Shown piece by piece: positions 26,781 through 39,318 of a DNA stretch of 64,000 nucleotides. This DNA comes from Lepidodermella squamata (lineage: Eukaryota > Animalia > Gastrotricha): NCBI GenBank assembly GCA_047495785.1, contig JBLDXI010000004.1, positions 62,001 to 126,000 of the forward strand, in the 5' to 3' direction. Position 1 is the first letter of the stretch. Every line of letters starts with the position of its first letter. A model generated the notes under the pieces. That model saw nothing but the letters and a program-made list of their open reading frames with translations. It ran no database searches and was not told the DNA's origin. Made by a program: the position numbers and the translations under genes.

Positions 26781-27450
26781 CAGTGGTTCGCAAATACCTT
26801 TCCCCAGGTGCACAAGATTGGCGCACGCGGCCGGTCCAGCGTGCGCCACTCTTGCGTATTGTATTCTCCTCAACTAGCCAGTTACAAAGAACTAATTTTC
26901 AGGGTGTTTCTCAAGAATTGCTTGGTTTTCCGCTTGGTTTGTGCTAATTTGAACTTGGATCTTCATATAATATCGTAGGTCAATATTGGCTGTTACAATC
27001 GATTTGTTGGTAGCATTGACTGAATTATTTCTGTGGTTGGTAGTTACTTTGCTCGTAAATGAACATCTGTGTTCTGCATTGGTAAAAATTACATGTAATT
27101 TGAACAAATAATACGAGCGAAGCGAGGAAAATTTGAGTATTTTCCACTAAATAAGTCTCCGAAACCTCCAAATAATGAGGGTATAGCAGTTTTTTCCGGA
27201 CGCTACTTCGATTTTGGTTACATATTACATTCGGTCCGATTGGTTGTTACGTTGTAACATGCTTAAACAACACTGCCTATAGCTAGAAAATCTAACAAGC
27301 TGAAAACCCTTGGCTTCATGATATCAAGTGAAAGAAACCATGCGAGCGAAGCGAGCCAAAGTTTTTGTAATTTGCACTCTTAAAAGCTGAAAATATCGAA
27401 TTTTTCGAAATGCGCCAATGCGCACGGGTGCGCCACTTTGCGAACCGCTG
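26781..27450. mobile_element. hAT-type MITE
   Basis: CAGTGGTTCGCAAA ... TTTGCGAACCGCTG; 8-bp TSD CCCTAATT/CCCTAATC. Confidence 0.85.
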
Positions 27451-27613
27451 CCCTAATCGCTGGTTTACACGCTTATGGTGCGTCTTAACACGCCACAATG
27501 GTCACACAGCTAGTGCGTGTTCACACGCGAACAATGTTGCGTCACAAGACGCCAAAGACATTAGCTGCTTTTACACGAGAGCGTAAGTATGAAGGGTAAT
27601 TAATATGTGCGTC

Positions 27614-27756
27614 CAGTGGTCCGAGTACGGGGGGTAAGAGGGGTAAAAAAACCCCCTGGCGTTCGAAAATTTCTGTAAGGGTCCCCCCCTGTTGATTTGC
27701 AAATTTTGGTCTAAATATGCTCGATTTACCCCCCTCAGAGCTGGACCGGAACCATG
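27614..27756. mobile_element. Small hAT-type MITE
   Basis: Imperfect TIRs (CAGTGGTCCG / CGGAACCATG) flanked by a perfect 8-bp TSD, TGTGCGTC. Confidence 0.75.
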
Positions 27757-29638
27757 TGTGCGTCATTAATTAAGACAAAGAATTGATTGCGCAATACTCA
27801 AACTCGAGTTTTCTCGCAAGGTTTTTCAAGGTTTTACGGGTTTTGAAGGTATCAAATATTTTTTATAATTATTGAGAATGATGCGAAAATTCGGGAAAAT
27901 TGGTCATTATGCCTTTTGATTGCTTCTCCATCCCTCGGAAAAATAACTTGCCAATAATTGCAGTTATTTTGAAAGAAAAATGAAAATACCTACCGTTGAT
28001 ACAAAAAATTGACTTGAATTACTGTTTTTGAGGCCTGTAATCAAATTTTCCATAAACATTTTCCATATACAATCTTGATGCATCCAAAATGAGATAAATA
28101 ACAAAGAAATTTTTCGAATTAGGCGGTGAGGTAGGCACGAGAATATTGCTGTGGCTCTCAAATTTTAAAACAATAATTAGAAGCTAAATAAAGGGCTTGT
28201 TCGGCCGGAAATAATCGATTTTCTCCGCGGATTATCCACCTCAATTTCTTCAGCTTGGAACCTCCACCCCAAAAATATTAAATTCAACTGAGCATTCTCA
28301 TCAAAGAAGTTGAAGCCAAAATTGTAATCAAAATTGTAATCAAAAATATTTCAATTAAAATAATTTTTGTCGAGCAGGAAATGGATCTTTTTATTTGGCT
28401 TAGCTGCCAATTCATGCTAGAAATTTATTTAAAATGCTGAGTCTAATCGAAGTTCGAAGTCTAACCGAGTCTAATCTAGGTAAGCGGTAAGAAGAGCCAT
28501 ATTTGATTGATATATATTATGGGGATTTTTTATAATTTCTGGGTCCAAATTTAGCGCTGCGGCCAACTTAATTATATTAGTGACAAAAATGACAGAATTC
28601 TCTCATCGCCATCTTAATATTTATTACCGTCAATACCTCAATAATTACCTCCAAAATTACAGTGACCTTCAAATTGGAACTCGGATTTCCAAAAAATTAA
28701 AATTTTATTTGGCATTTTCATCGCTTGCGGCGATTGCGCAACACCTAATACTGCTGTGTAGACTTAATTACTATGAACAGTCAGAATACATATGTGTTTG
28801 TAGTGTAAAAGCGGCTATTAACTAGGGCAAAAATAGCTATAAAACGCGAGCTGAATGCATTGAAAAAAATCAGAGTTTTATCGATACTTAGTTTTTGAGA
28901 TTTTCTGATCTTTTTCGGGCAATTCTACTGGCATTTCCATGGCTTCTGGCGCAAGGGCACTAGGTGGACCTGCTGAATACCGCGCTGGCTATCAATAACG
29001 AAAACAATCAAATTGATTGCGCAAGCGGCCTGATTTCGACATTGCGCGCTACCTTGGCAATTATGGCAATTGATGGCGTAGTCTTCACACGCCTTCGTGA
29101 CCTTTGAGAGGGAAAAATTGGTGGAATAGTTTTTTTATAAACACCTTCGAATCCGTTAGGCACGTCAGAGTTTGGCAATTTGTCAAAATTATCTGAAACT
29201 GACAGTAAGTGATTCAATTTCACTGATTTCGAGTTGAAATAATCGAACCTAATGATTTCAAATAAAAAATCTACTAGGAAGATTTTCTACTAAAAAACGC
29301 TTAAACCTCTCAAAATTGACGACAAAGTGGGATAAATATTATTATTTTGTACGCCGTAGTTTTGTAGTCCTTATAAGTGTACGCCGATAAACTAACCCTT
29401 ACCCCATTTCTCAACGGTTTTAATACTAAATATTTTTTGTGTCTGCCACTGAACGTGGTCCAGTGACGAAAAGTCGGAAGCCTGGTGGTTAGGCGAGATT
29501 TAAAATTAATATTAATACTAGTAATACTTTATTTTTCCATTTCGAAGGCTACACTTAAAGGTTTTTTCATTATATTCGAGGCGAGTCAAACTGAAAAGTT
29601 TATTTTGCGGAAATTCATCATCAAAATAATGTAAATCA

Positions 29639-29811
29639 CAGGGCTGCAAAACCTGCGAAATTTCCCGCGCACTTTCTCAAAATTTCTCGCTAGTTTTGAC
29701 CCATTTCAGCAAATTTTCCTGCAATTTACTGTAATTTTTCGAAAATTTCCCCAAATTCAGCCAAATTCGGCCAAATTTCCCGCGCACATTTTTGCATGTT
29801 TTGCAGGCCTG
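29639..29811. mobile_element. Small hAT-type MITE
   Basis: CAGGGCTGCAAAAC ... GTTTTGCAGGCCTG with a perfect 8-bp TSD, GTAAATCA. A related solo end lies at ~30725-30761. Confidence 0.9.
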
Positions 29812-29877
29812 GTAAATCATAATGTAATCGTCCGGTTAAGAAGTTTAAGAAGTAGGCGACAGCTAGGCAGCACATCC

Positions 29878-32800
29878 CTAAAGACGCTCACATGCGGCCT
29901 GGAGATAACCGCCGCAACTTTCCCACACCAGCATGTTATATGTCGCTAACACACCTGAATTGTGAAACAGGAGAATCAAGAAAATGAGTATAAGCGCCTC
30001 TTCCCTTACATACATTTGTTCATATCGCTGGGCGCACTATGAATTGTAAAAAACGTCGCATTTACTGGATCGCCGGTAATCCAAGAATAAGTGGCCGGCT
30101 TCGTTTGTTTCGCACCAATGAACGGATAACCTTTCGTTACGAGTGCTTTGGCGGCGTCAAACATCGCCTGATCCTTGAGTATCGCCAGCGATTTTCCGAG
30201 ACCCAGGCAAGCATTCACCGCACTGTCCCGGTTTCCTGATGCTGTAGTCAGAGTCAAGTTGGCCGGTGTCTAAAAGCAAGAAGCAGATAAAAAGCGTCGC
30301 ATCGTATCATCGACAATTTGACTCACATCACCGCAAAGGGCTGTGAATGATTTTGAGCAATCTATATCGAGGATACCGTCTGGCGTCATGCTCATACCTA
30401 AGAAAAACCGAGTAAATAAGTTGAAAAAACATTATTACGCTGATGATATATAAAATAGGAGAAAATAGGGGTTTGCATGGTTTTTCATTAATCTTCTTCA
30501 ATTAACATTAATGGATAGATCATCTGCAGAGCAGCATACCGATGTAAATTTTGGGCCATATTCGGTTTTCATAACATATTGCGACAATATAATATATTTC
30601 GCAGCCCCTTTCAAACGCAACGCGGCGACATAATATTAGTATAATTCATTATAGAAAGCGCCATGCAATTATACAACGGAATATGCGAGCGAAGCGAGCG
30701 AGCGGGTTTAGCGTGAAATTCAAATCGGTGCGCGGGAAGTCGTGCATGTTTTGCAGCCCTGATTCTTTGTTGAGAAGCCCGGAACTAAAGTATGAGCAGT
30801 ATTTTTTCGTATTTTTTGGATCTTAAGTCTCAAATAAGATTTCAAATGGCGGGATTATAGTGGGCGCCTCAAGAATTAAAAGGCATATTAACATGTTAGC
30901 AGTGAAGCGAGGGCGTTGTTTAATCAAAAAGCTAAGCTTGCCCCTGGCTCGCATTTCTCTTATTCTCATTAGGCAACAAGCTGCCAGTGGGATCCTAGTA
31001 TACTAAATACTAAATAATTTTTTGGTGGCCGAATTTCTATAATATTAAATTTTTCTCTTCTTCAACTGTAAAATTGCTGTATTTTTCACAGCATGTATTT
31101 CGAGTAATTTACCCAAATGAAGCTGCAAAGTAAAAACAAGATGTCGGCGTTTTAAATAAGAGCAATTAAATCCCTTGAAAATGTCGAAATTGAACCAGTT
31201 TTTGAATGGTGCAAATAGGTTAAATTGCGATCCACTTCTGTGAATTGCAGCGACCGTGGATGATTTTTCCTGCTTTTCTGGGAATTCCAAGAAAAAAACA
31301 ATTCAAACATAACTGTGGATTCAATTATTGAAAAATCATCCAAAATTGCTCCAGGTATCAAAAATTAGCTCTTGATATTAAGAATAATCTACTTTCGTCA
31401 ATAAATTGTTCAATTTAATTATTTCATTTAAAAAAAATTGAAATATTAATCCTTGGGTTTCAAACTAGTCGATTCAGTTATTTTTGGCGATAATTTATAT
31501 TGGCTATTGCTATGAATCCGAAGCATAATGTAATGGCTAGCATAAGAACGGTCAATGTAGTCATTAATAATTATAAAAATTGAATTAACGCTAGTTTTAC
31601 AGTTCTGATACTGCGCAAGTCAATAGCAAAAATGGAAGATAATGACAGAAACGCTCGCAATCACCGAAGCTCGCTAGTGGTATAGTGGTTCTGTACTGAA
31701 CGTGCGAAACCAGCATCATGGGTTTCTATGCTCAGTGGCGACGCAGAGTCGCACACACAAAAAATCGCTATTTGATTCGTGAATTATGACAAATAATTGT
31801 GAGCGGGTTTCGTTCATCGTTCATGATTCTAATGGCTTCTCGACAGTTTTTTTGCAAGAGAATTAACAATGAATCATGAATGTTTATTTTACACACGAGT
31901 TTGTGAACCGCCCTTTATAATGCGCCACGCTATTTAGATCGTCACTTATAACTTCAGGTTGCCTTTTGTTATTGTTATTCGTGTTAATTGGATCATAGAT
32001 TTTCTCTAAAGACAACTTACATTCACCCGAGGCCGGTGTGTGCAATGTCCAGAATGGCGAATCTATAACAACAGGGCTGCCATCGTCCCATTTGAAATCA
32101 ACGACAATTCCCACGAATACAGATGGCGAAGTAGCTGAATTAGCTAATCGCATGATCGCGGCTAAATCATCCGGAGTAGAGAAGGTCGCCAAGCGCCCTC
32201 CCGCATTTTTACAGGCGAGTCTTTGGGTATAAAAGTCACTTCCGCTTGGCGTAAGGAAGTACTTGGAGGGTGGCGCCACGTCTGCCAAGCAGTTTGCGTA
32301 GTTATCGGGAAAATATGGCGAATTGGAGTATATTTGAACCTATAAAAATGCAGAGCACCGCAGTAAAAGTACACTGTCAATTTGATGTCTTCGCATCACA
32401 TTACTTTAGTGGAACCATCCGGGCAGATGTTGTAACACTTCTTGCCACTTGGCGTGTCGCACTGAACAGCATTCTAAAGAAAATGACATACAAGTGATTA
32501 GCAAAGAATTATTGGCCTTATTCAGGTGTCACAAAGTGCGCATTCGGTTAATTTTCGCACATTTCCCCATCCGCCGGTGTTTCCTCCACGCGCGCACTCC
32601 TATTGGTTGGTTAAATTTACGCGTAACCGCACGTCGCGCGCATTTATTGCGCAACAAATAATTGCAGCTTTCTACGCGCGCGCTGCAAAATCACAAGAAA
32701 ATCACAAGTCAGCTAGCCCGAACTGACCAAGTCCAGTATATCATGTGAAGCGCGTGCATAGAGAGTACATTTTTCAATTAGTACCAAGTTTAAAAAAAAA

Positions 32801-35800
32801 ATGCAAATCAAGAAGATATGCGAGAAATGATGATGCCTTACAATCGAAATATTTCCAAGAAAAATAAAATCGCGCCACCGTATGGTTCATCATGATATTA
32901 TGTCGCTTTTATGAAATCGCAATTTTTCTACATTTTTAGAAGCGCTTGAGTTTTGATCATTCTAAGGAATTTTTACATCCACTTCATATTATCAGCGGCT
33001 CCGGTAATGACCGGTAACTTTTCAAACGCACAAACTTTCAAGGGCAAGAAACATTTTTCAATCATTTCGATGTAGCACGAAAATAATCAAATGGTTAGAT
33101 TTGGTTAGAGTCTCAAGCTATATTTTGATGAAATTACCCCAAATTCACCGAAAATAGCTCGTGTCATCGGTGCGTGCTTTCGCAATTTGTTAGGTAAAAT
33201 TTGAATTTTGCGCGCGCACTATTTTCTATTTTCTATTTAATCGATAAGTAAAGAAGAACAAAATACATGATAATCCAAATTTTGTCAAGTTTTTTGACAA
33301 CAAAATCTGCCTTAATTTAAGCTTTTTTATTTTCTTGAAAGCATTTCGCTCAGCGCAGGGCGCAGTCGTCTTTGCTCTCGTCCGTGCGCGCGCACACGAA
33401 GGCTGTAATTATCTTAGTTGTTGCGCAACAAGGCCCAGCCAATAGGAGCGCGCGCGCGGAGGAAACACCGGCGGATGGGGAAATGTGCTTAATTTTCAAA
33501 AACTACTCACCCATGAAAAGCAATTAAATTGGTTCCTATAGACGCCAGTCGAGAATTCCGCAGTTTCATTAGCCAAGCTGCATCCAGTGAACGCGTTCGT
33601 TGTGGAATCGAAACAGCGGATGTGAGGCTTCAAGGAATCAGCTCTCGTGGCTGGGATTATAGAGGCATTGCAGATCAGTAGAAAATTGCTAGCAAACTTA
33701 CTGTCGTAGTTCCGAAGACAGGCTTCTAGGCCTGATAATTGCAATTGCAATTTCACCTTTTAACATGACCTTTAAAATATATGTGAGCAGATAAGTAATC
33801 TAAAAGAAAATACCGTATTGGTCGGACAGGGAAAGTCGCTCGGAACGCAGGTAATAAATTGCCGGCCCCCAACGACGCAAGGATTGAATGTCTTTTTCTG
33901 ATAATTCTTATTTTTTTCAAGCTCGTAAAAATAAGTCGTAAATCATACCGGGAATTCGTTAAAGTCCTTAGTACAGTTGGCCATGTTAGTCCTCAGTGGA
34001 TAGAAACCATTATACGAGTTGCCGATCTGTAATTGAATGTTGCAAATTTCAGCAGAATGATATACATTGACTTCCGTGTAGCTCAGGCTTGCATTATTAT
34101 TAGTTTAGTTGAATAAGGCGAGCGACATTCTTTCGGGTCAATATTGGGAACACACCACACACCAGCTCGGAAAGCCTAATTTAGCATACTAGGATCCCAC
34201 TGGAAACTTGTTGCCTAATGAGAATAAGAGAAATGCGAGCCAGGGGCAAGCTTAGCACCACACACCAGAAAAAATATCACCCTAATTTATCTGACGAAAG
34301 TAAATAAATAACTGCATTTTTGTACATGAATTAGGGTGATTTTGAGCATGAATTCAGATAAATGTTGAAAATCCGTGAATTAGGATACTCACAGGGCCCT
34401 GATTGAGGGGATTTCACAAGCTAAAAGTCCGATTTTTATCACCCAAATTAGGGTGATTTTTTTTCTAGTGCATGATCACCGGCTTTTGACTTATGAGTAA
34501 ACAACGCTCTCGCTTCACTGCTAACATGCATTTTAATTCTTGAGGCGCCCACTATAATATAGAGGCAAAAAAAGACTGCTCATACTTTAGTTCCGGGCTT
34601 CTCAACAGAGAACCCTTGGTGACCCCAAAACATAAAATTTCGCGAACGAAGCAAGCTTTTTCAGCTGACGCTAGTTTTGAAGATTTTTTCTGGAAATTCA
34701 ACCAAAAATGAACCTGACCGTCGTATACTGTTTCCGGTATTGAAGAGGGCGAAGACAGGCGAGGAATTATCCTCACCAGGGTATTATACCGACCGGTTTT
34801 TATTCTGAAAAAAACCGCCTACCAGTTTAAACTGATTTATACGGGTAATAAACACCGGTTTTTAATGAATTTCAATAATCCGAGGATCTGACCAAAGGAG
34901 AGTCGAACAACTCAAATACCTGACCTTCCATTGGATTTTCGAGTGCACTACGTTAATCTACGCAAAAACTGCGTAGTTTGATATGTTACTCGACTATTTT
35001 CACGAAAATTCGATTAAATGCAATAAAGTAATACAAATTAAAAAAGGGCTAATTATCTTCAAATCTGTGATAGCTATGAAAATTCTGAAAACGAGATTGA
35101 GTTCCCCGTGCAAACTCCACCTAAGGGGGATTTTACGATCAAAAGACGCGGTTTTGCCGATGCCTTTGAAATTTTTTTTTTACAATTTTCCGCTCAACAA
35201 TTATTAATAAACCGTAGAATGAATTTTGATTTGTCGATATTTTCGCTATTTTTACGAATTATGTAGAGATATTATAGTTCTAGGGATAATTTGAGGCGCT
35301 GAACACGCCGAGCGCATCAGTTTTTACACTGGCAGTATCGGTTATCGATTATACTGTGAATGATTGATTTTTGTTCGAATTTGTCCGAATCTTACTTGGC
35401 AAATGATCCTTCACGCTAAGAATCAAAACTGATTATCATAACTAATGCAACTGCTGATGATGTAGCTGATCTTTGTGCTAACACTTTCAGCTAGGACGAC
35501 ATATTCCTTGTGATGTCTTACTAAGGTCTTACTAAGGAGATTCGCTGGAAAAATAATACCAATAATACAAATAAGGTCAAGGATAAAAATGAACCTATTC
35601 TTCGCAGTTTGGCGACCCACAGAAAATGACCCCGCGACCCCCAGTTTGAGAAGCGCTGCTTCACCTTGTTATACCAAGCGTTTTTTTGAGCCGAGGTCTA
35701 GTTTTTTTAATATCTGTGAGAAGGATTGAGGAACGAAAATCGAGGCGTGAGAATGTGAACGATTTATACGCTTTGAAGCGAAGATATTTAGACGTAGTAA

Positions 35801-36218
35801 AATACAAGAAATTTCGATGCAACTAACCATGATCTCGTCTGCTTTCGAGCAGCCAGGGCTGCCAGGTCGACATGTTGCTGCATTGGTTGTCCATCGGTAG
35901 CACAATCTAGCAGTCTGTGAATGATGAAACGAATCGAGTCAAGCCGTTAACTCAATTAAATCATGAAACTCACCGACTTCATACACTTAGATTGATCCGA
36001 CCATGTTTCGCCGAGCTGCCCACGAGACAATTTTAGGGATAATCTAGAAAAGCAAGAAATTTGAAATTATTAACCTGGTATTCGCCCAATTTGAAACAGC
36101 CATTTGGTAACTCGCGGCAACTGGTGAACGTGTCGTCGAATTGTGAGAAGCAACGCACCCAGTCGCCACACAGAACCGCGTCAATTGATACGAAGAAGAC
36201 GATAAAAAGTGGCTTCAT
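29878..36218 (-). CDS. Multi-exon secreted Cys-rich/C-type lectin protein (paralog 2), with introns expanded by MITEs
   Basis: MKPLFIVFFVSIDAVLCGDWVRCFSQFDDTFTSCRELPNGC; KPHIRCFD; CTLD exons ACKNAGGRLATF..VFVGI..KWDDG and CLGLGKSLAILKDQ..FIGAK..YSWITG; ends AACERL-stop. Exon order is collinear with paralog 1, but no EGF exon was found, so it may be degenerate. Confidence 0.7.
31669..31745 (+). pseudogene. Degenerate tRNA-like sequence or SINE head
   Basis: A-box TGGTATAGTGGT, eroded B-box GGGTTTCTATGC, ~75 nt long. Confidence 0.4.
32557..33488. mobile_element. Mutator-like (MULE) non-autonomous element in an intron
   Basis: TIR of ~55 bp, GCACATTTCCCCATCCGCCGGTGTTTCCTCC, at both ends; perfect 9-bp TSD, TTAATTTTC. 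Confidence 0.9.
34263..34470. mobile_element. CACTA/EnSpm-type MITE
   Basis: CACCAGAAAAAATATCACCCTAATTT / AAATTAGGGTGATTTTTTTTCTAGTG (reads CACTAG from the right end); 2-bp TSD, CA. Confidence 0.8.
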
Positions 36219-37736
36219 TGTAAAACACAAAAAGTGTTGTGATAATAGTAGTGAAATCAGCGTTTAGAATGAGCATTTAAAAGAAAACATGTTTTGATTT
36301 TTAAGAAGAAATCGCGTGGTTATATGTTTAGGCACGTGAAGCTCATCCTGAAAGTCATCAAGCTTATCAAAAAAATTAAAAGTAGTCATCAGGCCAAAAT
36401 TCCAAATTCCGAATTTGCGAGAAAAAACAGTGAGCAAACTAGGTGGCGGGCCACAAAACTAGGAAAAAAGAAGCGGCGAGCGGCGAAAAGCGGAAATAAA
36501 AACTATTAGTGAAGGAGAGGAAACGGTTACATAAAGTTGGCGTTGCTGCTAACAAAGATTTAAATATGATCGATTAAGTTAAGGAGAGCAACAGCGAAAC
36601 GAAGGTCATACTAAAAGAGGAAGATATGTTTTACGCGCTCAAAGATAAGCCTCAGGAAGCACAGTCGATTTTTTGGCTCTGGTAGCATCTTTAACCAAAG
36701 AATCGAGACTGCAAAACTTGCAACAAACATGAGAATATTTTATCCGACAACATTCAAGTAGTATACGATGGAGACATAGAGCACGGCTTTTTTCATTCGA
36801 ACGATCCAAGTAACTACTAGAAATCCTTAGTGATGTTTAAAGCGACTTTTAAGTCACAGAGGGGTCAGCTTAGCTTTCAGTATCGTGGCCCACACCTGTG
36901 GAACATCACAAAGTTCGAAGTTGTGGACTGTGGATGAAGTAGGATTCTCGAGGTAATCGAGGGTACGCTTGGGTATTTACCGCTCTGAATTTATCGAACT
37001 CAATAGTCCCCTCTGTGGTTTTTCTGGGGTTTTCTTGCCTGGAGCTCTCGAGTACCCTGTACTTTGCACGAATGTTCCGAAAGTCCACGATGCTGAGACC
37101 GCAAACAGCTATACATACTCGTATTATTTCAACTGCGATTCATCTACTTTGAACGCCAGTTCTATATATTTCTTCTCAATTTGATCTTGGGTAATTTATT
37201 TTTATTTTAGTCGTTAACACAATAAGCCTTGCAGAATCAAATTTACGCAGGAGTTTTTCTTTCATTTTGAATTTTGATTAGGAAAAACACATATTTTGCA
37301 GCCATTTTGATTCAAGCGACGACAAGCCTCATTCATTAGAAAAATCCAAATCTGAGTATTCGAGTGCAAACTTTACTTGTAGAGCAAAAATTACAAATCC
37401 TACGCGGAAACGAATGGCGCCATTCAAAAAAGCGGCGTCCCTTCCGTGATATCTATCTTAGCTTGTAATTATGATGTTGAGCGATTCTCAATGGTGTAAA
37501 ATTGCGTGTTTTTCTTTCATCTCGAAATGCCGTTTCATGGACATCGCAAGATTCTCTGCACTTTTATCGCGCCGACGGCAAGTTAGATTTGTCAGTTTGC
37601 GCGAGCTACGTTGTCTCATTTCACCTCACATTCCGCGTCAATCATCAGAACACGAACAGACATTGTAGAAAAATATGTCGAAAAGCTTGATAATTATTTT
37701 GTGTCTCTCGACCTTTGAATTAGCAAGGCTCAAATT

Positions 37737-39100
37737 TTGAAGAAGCGCTTCACGGCCCTATTATTTGCAACAGCGACCTATACAGGCGCCGAGCCTCGAG
37801 ACGGCAAAATTTGCCAAGCGGCTATGCAGGTCGCGGTTGAAATTGTCAACGCGCGACGCGACATACTGGGTGACTACAACATTAACGTCGACTACCGTGA
37901 CGAAGCATCGAGTGCTGTTTTATCGCCGCGCAATTTTAATGCCTTCTTGCGTGATTCGAGCGAAATCGCCTCACTTGATATAGATAATAGGACATTCATT
38001 GCGCCGGCCTTTGTCGGCAATGCACTGGCGTTTAACCGAATTTCACGGTTGGTTAATCAAATGAAAATGGTTCAGTTCACGCCTGGCTGCAGCGGTGACC
38101 AGTTTACGGCTAAACGGGACATTTACCCGGCGCTGTACCGAAATCGCATCCCAGCCGATCTGCAATACATACAGCTGCATTTTTCATCGCTGAAAAATCG
38201 TGGCGACAAGTCGGAATCTTGAACGCTGATATCGGCACCAAGACACACTCTGCGGTTTTGAGGGCTGGTAAACAGGTCGTCAACAACCCGATTATTCAAG
38301 ATTTCGATGATGCGACTATGCTGGCGATCAGGGCGAGTGATGCGCGAGTATTCATTGTTCCATTAGGGGTTCACGCTTTTCCTGTGCCAGGCGTTTGCTT
38401 ATGGACTGAGGCGGCCGAATTACTTGTTCATAACGGCTACGTCGAATTTCATCGACCCGTATGCGAGCGATTTGAAATTGCCGATTGGAAATTGCACAAG
38501 AAACATGTTCATCGAACAGGTGAGCAAATGTTTTTTGAAAGAAAATCAGGAAAAAATTAGAAAAGAAAAATGTCTGATATAGGGCAAGGTTACCTAAATC
38601 TGCATAAAAAATTTCCAAACGCTTTTTTTCAAACGCTTGTCTTTCCATAACCATAAGGTTCTCCGGGCTCAAATTTTGACCATGAACAGTCAGAACCCAT
38701 ACCAGTAAGCTCACAAATCTCATGAGCCAATTCCTCACCGTTAGGGAGCCATCGTTGGTGAAAGTCAACAAAGGCAAAAATTTAAAATCGCTCGAGAGTG
38801 CCATAAATCTGCATACAAGCTTCACTTCTGAACCTAAACTGGAATTTTTTTATGCAGATTTAGGTAACCTTACCCTACATTTTCTCATACATTTTTAACT
38901 TTTTAATTTTAGAAAAGTTTGGAAAATTCCATCCGGAAATGATATTTTTGTAATTTTGAGAATTATGAGAATGATACAATTCTATTTTTTAATTAGAAAT
39001 TTCTAAATGTTTTCAGGTTGGAATCACATTTTGGGGCGGTCCTTTTGATTTCGCGCTCGAGAATACCGGTCCAAGCGTGTTTGGCTACGACGTGAATGGC
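37737..39100 (+). pseudogene. Class C GPCR / GABA-B-receptor-like Venus-flytrap (ANF-receptor) domain, frameshifted and truncated by transposons
   Basis: ICQAAMQVAVEIVNARRDILGDYNI, IYPALYR, then after frameshifts WRQVGIL, SDARVFI, CQAFAYGL..PNYLFI and NCT. The next exon (39017-39100) is cut by a CCCAG-element end. Confidence 0.75.
38582..38875. mobile_element. MITE with TA TSD
   Basis: GGGCAAGGTTACCTAAATCTGCATAAAAA ... TTTTTATGCAGATTTAGGTAACCTTACCC, with TA on both sides. Confidence 0.85.
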
Positions 39101-39318
39101 TTCGAAAATTTGGTCGAAGTGTTTCGCCTATTTCGGGGTATCAGAAAGATGAGCCAAATTTTAGGCCGAGATTATCGCGGTAAATTTTCATCTGGGTGGT
39201 CTTAGCGACCATTAAGGTACGGCGATGGTTATAAAGGATGAAGGTAACACTCAACACTGGAGTTAAGGTGTTCCGCGACTTACCCAGTGTCAATGGTGAA
39301 CGACTGAACCTTGTCTTG

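Noticed and set aside
39280-39318. FTIDTG as a retroviral protease motif
   Set aside because: It is followed immediately by a stop and has no other protease features; it more likely continues the LINE target sequence.
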